Assembly (NCBI GenBank): GCA_964016885.1
Contig: OZ024743.1
Coordinates: 239,568,001-239,632,000, forward strand
Origin: Eledone cirrhosa
Taxonomy: Eukaryota
Reading direction: 5' to 3'
DNA length: 64,000 nucleotides
A program made the position numbers and the translations under genes. This document shows positions 46,471 to 59,918 of the stretch, in pieces (the first letter of the stretch is position 1; each line of letters begins with the position of its first letter). The notes beneath the pieces are model-generated. The model was not told the origin of the DNA. It searched no databases and saw only the letters and a program-made list of their open reading frames with translations.

Positions 46471-46521
46471 AGATTCCTGATGATTTCTCGCGAATGAAAC
46501 AGTTCTAGTCCTGTAGAATCT
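46471..46521 (+). ncRNA. Type I HHR, intact (family D)
   Basis: AGATTC-CTGATGA-TTTC TCGC GAAT-GAAA-CAG TTCTAGTC CTGT-A-GAATCT; 6-bp stem I; GUA triplet. Confidence 0.82.
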
Positions 46522-46579
46522 CTATATTAAAACTATATATATATATACATATATACATACATATATATGTGTGTGAGTG

Positions 46580-46617
<38 letters not shown>

Positions 46618-46652
46618 CATACACAAACACACACACACATATACATATATAT

Positions 46653-46684
<32 letters not shown>

Positions 46685-46982
46685 GTATATATGTGTGTGT
46701 GCATCAATATCTACACATTCCGTAAGACCCAGACAAAAGTTGACAGACAGGAAGTGTAAGAGAAATGTCTCTATATATGTATATGTGTGCATGTGTATGT
46801 GTAAATGTGCACGTTTGCGTAATGCGTCTGCGTGTGTCTTGGACAGTTTTTGGAAAGTGGAGATGTACATGTTGCTGCACCGAGATTGCTGTCTCTAAAT
46901 ACTCAGAGTTTCAATAATAAAGATTAATCTCACAATTACTTGCCACCCTCTTTCTCTCTTTCTATATATATGTATATATAGA

Positions 46983-47069
<87 letters not shown>

Positions 47070-47133
47070 GCGTTTGTGTATGTCTCTATATCTATTTGAG
47101 ATTATGTCTAATATTTTCATGTATATGTAAGTA

Positions 47134-47176
<43 letters not shown>

Positions 47177-47247
47177 GTATGCGACTATATCTGTGTGTGT
47201 AGAGAGAGAGAGAAGGAGAGAGAGAGAGAGAGAGAGAGAGAAGAAAG

Positions 47248-47316
<69 letters not shown>

Positions 47317-47918
47317 AAACACACATACGCAACCTTTTATGCAATATCTCACTTTGAAAGCCATGAGTTGAGATGAGAGAAGCGTTAGTGATGTGGAGGT
47401 GTTGCTGGTGATGGGGTTGGTGATTCGGGCATTTTGTATTTGAAAGCGAGTAGGAACATAACGATAAGAGATCAATGCTTGTAAAAAGCCGTCTATTCAT
47501 GTGAAGACCATTGTCCAACAGTCAACAATAATTTCGGTCCCATGGGAGGATGAGAGCGACAGGCTTTTTAAAAGAAGCCTAGTTTTGATAAGAGCAAAGG
47601 GAGGAGAGCAAGGAAAAGAGTGAAGGAAAGAGCTGGTAATATTGTATGATTGAGAGTGATGTGGAGTGGAAGATGTAGTGAGAGGGACTTAGTGAATGTG
47701 AGGAATATATGTATATATATATTTATATATATAAAGAGAGAGAGACAGGGGGAGAGGTGAGAGAGGGAGAGAGAGTGACAGAGAGTGAGAGAGGAAAAGA
47801 GTGAGAGCTGAGAGATATGAGTTTTTCAAATGAGTTGTAATAATAATTGTGATAGCAGTAACGTTAGTAATGTTAGTGGTGTTGTGGGTTTGTAATTAAT
47901 CATGCCTAATTGCGAAAC

Positions 47919-47966
<48 letters not shown>

Positions 47967-47998
47967 TATATATATGTATATATGTATATATATATGTA

Positions 47999-48086
<88 letters not shown>

Positions 48087-48125
48087 AAGATAGAGAGAGA
48101 GAATGTGGTGTATATACACATACAA

Positions 48126-48161
<36 letters not shown>

Positions 48162-48188
48162 CTATATAAGTATATATATATATATAAG

Positions 48189-48221
<33 letters not shown>

Positions 48222-48554
48222 TTATATATATATATATATATATAGATAGATAGATAGATAGATAGATATAGTTATAGATATATATACATATATATGTCTC
48301 GGTGTATGTGTGTAGGTGTGGGGGCGTATGTGCGTTCGCGTAGTCTGTATGTTTGTGTATATCAACCGAAAAGATGATCTTAATGGAAACTAAAGTTGGC
48401 CACGCTGAGAGGATTTGAGGGCCGAATATTACTCAGGATTTTGTTAGAAAAGAGGAGAAAAGTATCGGATGATGGTCCTTTATCAGTTGGAGGAACGTTA
48501 AGAAAAAGAAATGGTTAGAAGAGATAAAAAGTTTTCATCAGGATGGGGGAGATG

Positions 48555-49297
48555 GGCGGGTAAGCAGTGTCGTGTGATGGGTGGGTAAACAGTCCGGTGT
48601 TGTGAGAGGGTAAGCAGTCCGGTGTGATGGGTGGGTAAGCAGTCCGGTGTTATGGGTGGGTAAGCAGTGTCGTGTGATGGGTGGGTAAGCAGTCCGGTGT
48701 TGTGAGAGGGTAAGCTGTCCGGTGTGATGGGTGGGTAAGCAGTCCTGTGTTGTGGGTGGGTAAGCAGTGTCGTGTGATGAGTGGGTAAGCAGTCCGGTGT
48801 TGTGAGAGGGTAAGCTGTCCGGTGTGATGGGTGGGTAAGCAGTCCTGTGTTGTGGGTGGGTAAGCAGTGTCGTGTGATGAGTGGGTAAGCAGTCCGGTGT
48901 TGTGAGAGGGTAAGCAGTCCGGTGCGATGGGCTGGTAAGCAGTCCGGTGTTATGGGTGGGTAAGCAGTCCTGTGTTACGGGTGGGTAAGCAGTCCGGTGT
49001 TATGGGTGGGTAAGCAGTCCGGTGTTATGTGTGGGTAAGCAGTCCAGTGCTATGGGTGGGTAAGCAGTGTCGTGTGAAGGGTGGGTAAGCAGTCTGGTGT
49101 TATGGGTGGGTAAGCAGGCCAGTGCGATGGGCTGGTAAGCAGTCCGGTGTGATGGGTGGGTAAGCAGTCCAGTGTTATGGGTGGGTAAGCAGTGTCGTGT
49201 CATGGGTGGGTAAGCAGTCCGGTGTTATGGGTGGGTAAGCAGGCCGGTGCGATGGGCTGGTAAACAGTCCGGTGTTATGGGTGGGTAAGCAGTCCGG
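48555..49297. repeat. G-rich 25-bp minisatellite, about 30 units
   Basis: Consensus GGGTGGGTAAGCAGTCCGGTGTTAT. Confidence 0.95.
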
Positions 49298-49617
49298 TGG
49301 TGGTGCGTCTGGATCTAACATCTGTACTGATATGTACATGTGGATTGTGTGTATTTTGTCAGTGTGCAATTTTTTTTCTTTTTGTTTGTTTAGTCATTTG
49401 TGTGTGTGTTTGATGGAGCGGAGTGTGTGTTTGGTGGAGTGGTGTGTGTCTTTGGTGGAGTGGTGTGTGCGTGTTTGATGGGGTGGTGTGTGTGTTTGAT
49501 GGGGTGGTGTGTGTTTGATGGGGTGGTGTGTATTTTGTTCGTGGTGTTGTGTATGTGGCTGGGAGCTCGATAGGAAGACAAATAATTAACCAGATAACTA
49601 AATAAAGAAACAGCAAA

Positions 49618-49717
<100 letters not shown>

Positions 49718-49781
49718 GGATAGAAGAATAGATAGTTCGTGGTTATCTAAATAGATAAATAGATAAATAAATATATACTTA

Positions 49782-49844
<63 letters not shown>

Positions 49845-49846
49845 AG

Positions 49847-49880
<34 letters not shown>

Positions 49881-50625
49881 GTACACACACACATATATAT
49901 ATAAAGAGTGAGAGAGAGAGGGGGTGGAGGGACAGCAGGATAGATAGACAGTAAAATAGATAGATAAAATAGATATAGAGAGATAACTTTCTTTTTATTT
50001 GCCACCAGGGCATCAAAAAGTGGGACAAGTACAATGGGGGGAGTTTACAAAACAAGGCGTCCTCAATAAGGAGGAGGCAATAACAAAATTTAAAAATATA
50101 AAAATATAAAATAGATAGATAGATGACTATACAATTAGATATACACACAGATAGATATGTTTCTTTATTCACACAGATAAATAGATAGATAAATAGATAG
50201 ATAGATCGTTAAATACTTTATATTTAAGTTACGGCAGATGTTGCCATTATATTTCATATTTATTGTTATTATAATTATTTTTATTATTATTTTATTATCA
50301 TTTTTCACTGATCGATATAAATATAAATAAAACTGAAATGAAAATAGCAACAACTAAATACATATAAAAGAAAATGGCACGGCGGTCGGGGGCTAGCTGC
50401 GGCAGAAATATGAAAGGAATTTTTTTTTTTTTTTAAAGAAACAATGGCTACTATAGACTTCGATGAACGGGTGTGGGGAGAGGGGGATAATATGATAATA
50501 TATTATACACAACACACATATATATATACCTATATATATATATATATACCTATATATATATGTATATACATATTTGCATATATTATATATACTTATATAT
50601 TTAAAAAATATATATATATATATAT

Positions 50626-50668
<43 letters not shown>

Positions 50669-50707
50669 CACATAAACAGACACAGGCACAGACACACACA
50701 CACACAG

Positions 50708-50760
<53 letters not shown>

Positions 50761-50889
50761 CATGCAAATATATATGTGATGAACATGCAGCTGCATTTAA
50801 GAGTATTACATCATGTGTTTCTTTCTCAACTGTTGATTTTAGATGGACCCTTTTGGCTGTATCAATGACATGAATGAATATATATATAA

Positions 50890-51380
50890 ATAATTGTTTC
50901 TACTTTAGGCACAAGGCCAGCAAATACCCACTACATTACTTGTACTTTATTTTATCGACCCCGTAAGGATGAAAGGCAAAGTTAACCTCGGCGGGATTTG
51001 AACTCAGACTGCCAATTCACCGCCCTTATATAATATATATATAAATAATTGTTTCTACGTAAGGTACAAGGCCAACATTTACCCAGTGTATTACTGGTAC
51101 TTTATTTTATCGACCCCGTAAGGATGAAAGGCAAAGTTAACCTCGGCGGGATTTGAACTCAGACTGCCAATTCACCGCCCTTATATAATATATATATAAA
51201 TAATTGTTTCTACGTAAGGTACAAGGCCAACATTTACCCAGTGTATTACTGGTACTTTATTTTATCGACCCCGTAAGGATGAAAGGCAAAGTTAACCTCG
51301 GCGGGATTTGAACTCAGAATGGCCGTAACTCTATGCGTCAAAGCATGGCGTCCGACCCTCTACCAATACTTCCAATCCAT
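50890..51380 (-). mobile_element. Three tandem SINE copies with 155-bp period
   Basis: GTTTCTAC starts at 50896, 51051 and 51206. Confidence 0.9.
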
Positions 51381-51391
51381 AAATAATGTAA

Positions 51392-51565
51392 CTTTGGGAG
51401 CCCCTACATGGACACACTAGAAGAGGAAGACCAAGGTTAACATATGTTGATGCCCTAAGGACAGACACTGGTCTGTTGGAGATGCAGGATATGGCAGCGA
51501 TAATGAGGGACAGAGACCGCTGGAGAGAACTCGTCCATGGATCTCGGGAATTTTACCCGCCTTAG
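51392..51565 (+). mobile_element. 3' terminal fragment of an RTE-clade LINE ORF
   Basis: LWEPLHGHTRRGRPRLTYVDALRTDTGLLEMQDMAAIMRDRDRWRELVHGSREFYPP*, the typical RTE GRP..DR..W C-terminus, followed by (TA)n. Confidence 0.85.
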
Positions 51566-51730
51566 ATATATATATATATATAATTGTTTCTACTTTTGGC
51601 ACAAGGCCAGCAAAATACGCAGTGTATTACTGGTACTTTATTTTATCGACACCGTAAGGATGAAAGGCAAAGTTAACCTCGGCGGGGTAACTTTATCATA
51701 TATATGATAAAGCTACATATATATATATAT

Positions 51731-51850
51731 AAATTGAAACAAAATGAAAACGAAATTTCATTTCTCACTCCTAGTATGGCACTTACTTAAATGTAAGTAT
51801 GCATGTATACGTACATACATATATGTATACAGACGTACAGTAGCATGCAC

Positions 51851-51881
<31 letters not shown>

Positions 51882-52176
51882 CATATACATATGCATACAG
51901 GTACACATACATATATGCACGTATCAGTTTAGCGGCGCTTATTATAACGTCGCTTTGTTCGTTTGTAAACAAACTAAACAGCCTGAATTTATGCCATACG
52001 GTGTTAAGGCAACCACGTCACCTTTTTGTTCAACACTGACACAGGAACGATATACTAGTTTCAAGCTTGTTAGCTATCATCAGCACCGTTTACCCATCTG
52101 CCAGAACAAAGCGACGTTATAATAAGCGCCGCTAAACTGATACGTGCATATATGTATGTGTACCTGTATGCATATG

Positions 52177-52207
<31 letters not shown>

Positions 52208-52742
52208 GTGCATGCTACTGTACGTCTGTATACATATATGTATGTACGTATACATGCATACTTACATTTAAGTAAGTGCCATACTAGGAGTGAGAAATGA
52301 AATTTCGTTTTCATTTTGTTTCAATTTATCGTTTTCGGTATGCCTGACCGATTTAACTCACTCAATATGCAAATTAGGCTGCTCAGCCGTTAATTTTCAT
52401 AAGGAAAGTATATACTTTCGAACGTTCAACTATCTGGCAGATGGGTAAACGGTGCTGATGATAGCTAACAAGCTTGAAACTAGTACATCGTTCCTGTGTC
52501 AGTGTTGAACAAAAAGGGGACGTGGTTGCCTTAACACCGTATGGCATAAATTCAGGCTGTTCAGTTTGTTTACAAACGAACAAAGCGACGTTATAATAAG
52601 CGCCGCTAAACTGATACGTGCATATATGTATGTGTACCTGTATGCATATGTATGTATATATGTATATATATATATATATGTGCATGCTACTGTACGTCTG
52701 TATACATATATGTATGTACGTATACATGCATACTTACATTTA
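51731..52742. mobile_element. Retrozyme-like insert J: antisense arm plus about 1.35 tandem copies of a 474-bp HHR unit
   Basis: GAACAAAGCGACG at 52104 and 52578; antisense arm 51731-52104. Confidence 0.75.
52448..52492 (+). ncRNA. Type I HHR, intact (second copy at 52046-52090 on minus)
   Basis: AACGGTG-CTGATGA-TAGCT AACA AGCTT-GAAA-CTAGT-A-CATCGTT. Confidence 0.85.
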
Positions 52743-52752
52743 TATATATATA

Positions 52753-52885
<133 letters not shown>

Positions 52886-52978
52886 ATAATAATAAAATTG
52901 AAGACTAAAATCCAAAGAGGGCTCGATAAGGAAAATATATATCAAATATATAAGAACCGTAGAGCAAATATTTTAATA

Positions 52979-53015
<37 letters not shown>

Positions 53016-53206
53016 ACAAAATAGGACAAAGACAATAAAATTACGGAAAATCAGACAGTTTCGATATATATATACATACACCCATACTCGCAGGACACAT
53101 ACTTAAATATATATGTGCATATATATAGATGTGCATGCATACATTCCCACATGTATACATATATGAACATACATGCTCACACACACACACACACACACAC
53201 ACACAG

Positions 53207-53237
<31 letters not shown>

Positions 53238-53654
53238 CATAAAATGAGCTGAAAGAACTATGACGAAGATTCACCCACCCTCACAAAATAAACGATGAGA
53301 AAAACAATAAAGAAAATACCCTCAATCGCCTGGCTGTCTTTCGCCATTTTACTTTAATCGCGGTTTATATGTACTTATTTTACATTATTATCATTATTTT
53401 ATTTATACTTTTTATTTATTTGTTCATTTATTTATTTATTTATTTATTAGTTGATTGTTTGTGTTGTAGTTAGTTCACTAGCCATCACTGTTGTTAGCAC
53501 ACTCACTGTCTTAACAGAATGGTCCCATGGGGTAATGTTGTCAGCTATTTAAGCTTGAACTTAAGTAAAGACTTTTAGTAAAAACCTTTTTTGTAAGTAC
53601 GTTGTCTGTAACCAAACGTCGTTGCATGTGCTTGTATCGTATGTTCATCAAGTA

Positions 53655-53697
<43 letters not shown>

Positions 53698-53824
53698 TTA
53701 TTATATATATGTGTGTGCGTGTTTGTGTGTGTGTATCTGCGTGTTTGTGTGTGAGTGTATGTATATGTGAGTGAGTATGTATGTGTGCATGCCTGGTTGT
53801 ATATATATATATATATATATATAT

Positions 53825-53868
<44 letters not shown>

Positions 53869-54569
53869 GTGTGTGTGTGTGTGTTTCTGTATATATATAT
53901 GGGTGTGTATGTGTATGTATACAGTTACTCTTGTCCGAGTCCAAGAAACAGTCTTTCAACTACTCAGGCTAATCTTTAAGTAACCCTAAAATAATTGACA
54001 GATTTTACTTTACTGGCTAACACAACAAACATAAATACAACAATCACCATCTTGGGGAGATTGCCAGCCCCAATCTTCTCCACCCTTATTCTCACTTTCT
54101 TTGCAATTTCTTTATTCGTTGTATATATTCTCTCTCATATTCTTGACTTTTCACACATATACACACACTTTCTCTCTCTCTCCCTCTCTCTCTCTATCTC
54201 CCTCTCTCCCTCTCTCTCTCTCTATATATATATATCTATCTCTTTATCTATTTAACTATCTATCTCTTTCTCTCTCTCTCTCTCAATTTCACCCCTTTAT
54301 TCTCTCTTTCTGTAAGTTTATGTTTGACAGCATTGCCCATCTCCCCCTATCTACACACTTCCCCCAAGTCGCAAACCCGTCTCTCCACACGCACACACAC
54401 ACGTCTCTCCATACACACACACACCCGTCTATCCACACACACACACACACACACGTCTCTCCACACAAACTCTCCAATTCATACACATCTCTCAGTATCT
54501 ATCTAATCATGAAATCATTACACGTTTCACATCATTGTGCACTATCTAAATGTTGCCTTGCCATAAAAT

Positions 54570-54830
54570 TGCCGAATGGTTAAGACGTTTGCTTCGCAAT
54601 CATAAAGTTCCAGATTCGATCCCAAATCGGTCAACTCGGACAAGTAGGATTTACCTTTGCTTTGAGTTAACCTAAGTTCTGTGAATGAAGTTGGGTAGAC
54701 AACATTGTTTGGATGGACTGTGGATAGATTGTACCTGTAACTCAGAGGTTCAGCTTTAGCGCACACACACAGCCACACCAAATCTTCATGAGAATTACCT
54801 TAGGAGTAAATGTCTGTATGGAATGTGCAT
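54570..54830 (+). mobile_element. Degenerate tRNA-derived SINE head and body
   Basis: TGCCGAATGGTTAAG (A box) ... GATTCGATCC (B box). Confidence 0.5.
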
Positions 54831-54863
54831 TTTCATTAGTATGCTGTATGTGTTTGTGCGGTG

Positions 54864-54903
<40 letters not shown>

Positions 54904-55014
54904 TAATTTAATATATCTACTAACATAAGCGCACAGATGTACGCCAATGCCAGCAAATACACAGGTTATGTCATAGTACCTAGGTGGTTCGATGCAGGAG
55001 AATGCAGAACAATA

Positions 55015-55163
55015 ATATAAAAGACGTAAAATAAGAAAATTTTTTTTAAAAAATTTTTAAAAAAAATTAACTTACTTACTTAAATTTTACTTACTTACTT
55101 AAATTTAAGTAAGTAAGTTAATTTTTTTTTTAAATTTTAAAAAAAAAATTTTCTTATTTTACG

Positions 55164-55222
<59 letters not shown>

Positions 55223-55375
55223 TGAAAAAAAGGAAATGAATTACTTCATTTGTAGTGTTAAATAATTTGATTTAATTTTATATTATAATATTCAAGTCAT
55301 AACATATTATAATATAAAATTAAATCAAATTATTTAACACTACAAGTGAAGTCATTCTTTTCCTTATTTTTTCAA
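55015..55375. repeat. Two AT-rich fold-back palindromes (55015-55173 and 55221-55376) separated by (TA)n
   Basis: AAAAGACGTAAAATAAGAAAATT/AATTTTCTTATTTTACGTCTTTT; TGTAGTGTTAAATAATTTGATTTAATTTTATATTATAATAT and its reverse complement. Confidence 0.85.
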
Positions 55376-55413
55376 ATATACCTAACTGTACCAAGGATCT
55401 CGCACATTTTCCA

Positions 55414-55494
<81 letters not shown>

Positions 55495-55499
<5 letters not shown>

Positions 55500-55614
55500 T
55501 AATATAGAAGTGGCTTCTACAGGAATAGAACCGTTTCATTCGAAGTAAATCATCAAGAAAGCTATGTATTGAGTATCTACTTACTATGGTAACCCCCCCG
55601 GTTGAACATGGGCT
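55495..55614. mobile_element. Family D head-to-head insert (HHR at 55514-55560 minus, core C3 to U)
   Basis: Antisense HHR joined directly to the sense tail CTATGTATTGAGTA..GGTAACC. Confidence 0.75.
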
Positions 55615-55631
55615 ACACACACACATATATG

Positions 55632-55662
<31 letters not shown>

Positions 55663-56224
55663 AAGCGTTTGTGTGTGTGTTACATGTATGCGTGTGTGAT
55701 GTATGTCAATGTATAAGGGTATGTGTTTGATTAGTGTATGTTGGTGTATATTTATATACATACAGCACACACTTTACACCAAACACTTTCTATTGAATTG
55801 CACACCAGTAGTACTGCATTCTCTCTACACACACTTCACACATACACCATACAATTATATCCAATAAAATAACACAATTCACATAACACATACGCCATGG
55901 AATTTTTACAAAAGTATATAATATAAAACATATTCTACAGAATCAACACCCAATAACACAAACACAGTTCTACATCCCGCAAACGACAGTACTGTATACA
56001 CCTTTGTAACACGCAGGTGCAAATGATGGTGCAGTAGAATCTGATATACAATTGTCGAAAAGCATATGATAAATTATAAATAGAATTAGAGAATGAGTGA
56101 GAGAGAGAGACTGAAAGAGAAAAGAAGAGTGAAAAGAGAGAAAGAGGGAATGGATGATAGAGGCAGTAGAAATTGACAAATTGTTTTATTATATAAACAT
56201 GTAAACACGCACTCACAATATGTG

Positions 56225-56319
<95 letters not shown>

Positions 56320-56414
56320 CTCTCTCTCTCTCTCCGTATATATAAATATATATATACATATACATACATATATGTATACACGTTGTATATATCATGGATA
56401 TATACATATGTATG

Positions 56415-56454
<40 letters not shown>

Positions 56455-57206
56455 ATTTGATAACAATATGATATCTGTCTTATCTTATAAGCGGATTAAT
56501 GATAATCTGATAAACAACATATTGTCGCTGAGTCCTGCATTAAAAGCGACTACAGATTAGTTGTAGTGGTTGTTGGAATGGTAAACTTAAGGAGACGGAA
56601 TTGTGATAAGAAGGCGGGAGGAGCAATAAAAAAATAAACAAGCGAAGCAGACGAAAATACATTAACAAACAAACAAAACAACCGATTTTGGTTGAAAGAA
56701 TGGAAAGATTAAATCAAGTGTCCCTCTGAGGGATTTAGATTTCAGTACTGTTATTTGATTTTAATTAATTTTTAAGATAATTATTCATGTTTTTTAATAA
56801 TTTTTCTATAATTAGAGCTTCATAGTCAAGAATGTTAATTGTTTTGTTGAAAGACAAAGGGCGACAACCTCACCCACCCTTTCTCAATTCAATTCTGCTG
56901 AGTTGTTATTTGAACACAAATACATGATGGTGCCACTTCTTCCCTCCGTATATATATACATATATATCTGGGACGAGTAACTCCTGATGGATTCATAGTG
57001 TCACCATCGTGTCTTTAAACATGTAGGGACCCATCATCTATTCTGGTCTGAGCATAGCCGAATTCTTCCAGAAAGTAAGAGAAAAGAACTGGGAAAGAAA
57101 TATATAGAAAGAATAGACTTGGAGTAGATGAAATGGTGAGGTGACCTCAGCTTGTTTTGAACTCAGAGCCCAGAGAGTCAGAATCAATACCGCAATACAT
57201 TCTTTC

Positions 57207-57280
<74 letters not shown>

Positions 57281-57704
57281 CTAATCCCTTAGAGGACAAA
57301 ATATGTCAAGGATAGAATTGGAGCTGGATTGTGTGTTATAGTTCCGACTGAAATAATCTTGTTACCTTAACGTGTATCTTTTAATATATGCGTTTATGTA
57401 CGTGTGTACATATGTGCTTGTGTAAGTATGTGGAATACTGGACTTGTTGAAAGCTGTATATTCCATACATTATCAAAATATGTAGAACTAATATTGGCCT
57501 CAGAGAATGTTTCATGGACGTAACATCTATACATTTTATGTAACCCCCCAGCAGGCTAATATTTTAAAAGCATTATATAATATTGTATTAGCATAAATAG
57601 ATATTATTTTATTAGAGTATTGCAAGGTTTCAATAAATGCCAGATAAATTACTGTATTTTACCAAATATTATAAACTCTGTTTGAGATTTATTCTATCGC
57701 TGCT

Positions 57705-57868
57705 GAATCAACCAATAGATATGTATGGAACGAAGCAAATAAATAACGGAATAAATAAAAACTGATTGGTTGCCAATGAGAGAGCGGCCTCGATCATAAA
57801 TATATTCATAGCAACCAGCCGACGGGTGTTCTTGCTGTAAGCGAACAAATATGGCGTCTATTGTAAGT
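57705..57868 (+). promoter_or_regulatory. Candidate promoter and first exon
   Basis: Repeat-free, locally CpG-richer; CCAAT boxes in both orientations (57712, 57765, 57773); AAATATGGCG (YY1-like/Kozak) then ATG GCG TCT ATT|GTAAGT. Confidence 0.4.
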
Positions 57869-58884
57869 CGTATATCGTCTGCCTCGAATATATTAAGAAA
57901 ACTAGCAAGCTACAGCCTTCTTCTTTGTTTGTCTTTATTAAGGGGTCGATCGGGAATTTTCGGAATAAAATAAAATTCCTGTCAGTACATGAAATGTTTA
58001 CAGAGGTGAATAGTTTCTCCTATTTCTAGTTTCTAGAGAGGTGGGAGGTGAATAGTTTCTCAGAACCACTAAACGTGGAAACAACCTGGAAAAAAAATGA
58101 ACGAATCATCGAATGTTTATTTATTTATTTCATTTTTTTTTTTTTTTTTTAATACTAGCAATGAAACGTTTAAAAGATTCATTTAATTTAAGTTGAAATA
58201 TATTACTAGAATAGTGAAAAAAACCTATAACGTAAAAGAACTGCCTAGAAAGGTCTGAAGATTCAGAACGTACTCCATTTTCTTGAAGTTGTTGATTTAC
58301 ATGTTTTAGCCATCGGCATTATGCCATTATTATCATTAGTAAATTAATATTAGGCTATGTTTAGGCACAATCAGTAACGAAAGAAAATTTTGTTAGATAT
58401 AGCTACGATTCTATACGTTTAGATATCTATTCCTTCTATGGGCTATTTTACGTTCATTCTTAAAGGATCGTAGAAATTATGTTCAGTCAATATGTTCACA
58501 CCAAACTTAACCGACAATGAGTTTCATGTACAACTTATATAAAACAACAGGCTTTACATATATTTCACCGTAACAGAGTGAAAGGGGTAATATTGAAATT
58601 CGGCACCAGGGCAGGACAGGGATGACATTAGTCGTCCACACGCATGCCAATTTGCACAACAATCATCAAAATGATGTATGTCTACACTCAGTTGGGAATA
58701 ACATATCAAATGCACACACATATATGTTTGTGAACATATATATGCGCGAAAAACCAGAAACACTCCATCTCAAATCTACTTTTGAAAAGCATAAGAACTG
58801 TCGAACCGGTAAAGGAAATAAATAAATATTCTTAAAAAGACTCCAGTTGCATTTTCGATTTCATTTTTCCCATATATATATATA

Positions 58885-59166
58885 TATAGTATAAAAAAAA
58901 CGAAAAATCAGTGATGCATCTGGACTCAGTTTATTGCGTGTTACAATTGTTTCGCCGGCAGATAGCTCGAGACATGATCACTGTATGGATATGGCTGATT
59001 CTACAGCTGCAGGTTGCTTCGGACGCGGGCAGTTCGTTCTGAGCAAATTTTCTCACAGCCAGATCCATACAGTGATCATGTCTCGAGCTACCTGCTGGCG
59101 AAACAATTGTAACACGCAATAAACTGAGTCCAGATGCATCACTGATTTTTCATTTTTTTATACTAT
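58885..59166. mobile_element. Family K head-to-head palindrome with the HHR 3' half in each arm
   Basis: About 110-bp arms; GAAA-CAATTGT-A at 59100-59111 and its mirror; CUGANGA half absent. Confidence 0.8.
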
Positions 59167-59248
59167 CCACACTCTGCTCTGTATGAATATTGAGTGCTAA
59201 TTTTGGCATACCGCTTATGGAAGCACCATAGCTACCATTATACACAAG

Positions 59249-59287
<39 letters not shown>

Positions 59288-59288
<1 letters not shown>

Positions 59289-59875
59289 ATTGAATATATG
59301 AGAGGGATGAACACCGATAAAAGTATACATGTGTTCGAATTGTAAATGACTATTTTGAGTTTCTAACTCAATCTATGATATTCTCGGCTCCATATGTAGA
59401 GCTAACTTTAGTCTCATAATACCGGCTGCTATTTTTAGGAGCATGAGTATGAGACGCGCTAGGCGCTGCAACGTGTGCTTTTATATCAACACATAGGTCA
59501 GTCTTCTTTGATCTTTTGAAGTGAAAGTTACGAATTTCCTGGATACCCGCAGAAGAGCACAGGAATGGTGGCTTTCACTTAATAATTCTTGTGAAACAGA
59601 TTTTAGATCTGTCCGGGTATCAAAGGCTATTGCCCGATATAGGTTTGTTATTGTTATTGATTTATTACTTTAAATCGAGACAGGCAAACCATATTGTTTT
59701 AAATTAGTATGTTTTCAACCTAGCTAACTTGGTCATTTGCAATTCGAAAACATGTATATTTGTATCTGTGTTCATCCTTCTCATATATTCAATTGTATTA
59801 CACGGCTCGGAAAGATTCCCTTCCTTGAGGTATTTAATTGTAAAAGACTATTTTGAGTTTCTAACTCAATCTATG

Positions 59876-59879
<4 letters not shown>
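59288..59879 (+). mobile_element. Retrozyme-like insert L: short antisense arm plus a 498-bp HHR unit with terminal redundancy
   Basis: 59338-59381 is repeated at 59836-59879; 59288-59350 is the reverse complement of 59732-59794. Confidence 0.7.
59542..59621 (+). ncRNA. Type I HHR with stable stems I and III; core CAGAAGA (U4A)
   Basis: GATACCCG-CAGAAGA-GCACAGGAAT..ATTCTTGT-GAAA-CAGAT TTTAG ATCTGT-C-CGGGTATC. Confidence 0.75.

Positions 59880-59918
<39 letters not shown>

Noticed and set aside
48555-49297. CRISPR-like regular array
   Set aside because: Units are contiguous tandem variants without unique spacers; eukaryotic context; no cas genes.
58931-59122. Mirror-image ORFs with the same N-terminus on both strands (also 62379-62775)
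   Set aside because: Consequence of the DNA palindrome, not genes.
59520-59643. Possible internal exon (AG...AG|GTTTGT)
   Set aside because: Better explained as the HHR of insert L; the frame does not join neighbouring candidate exons.
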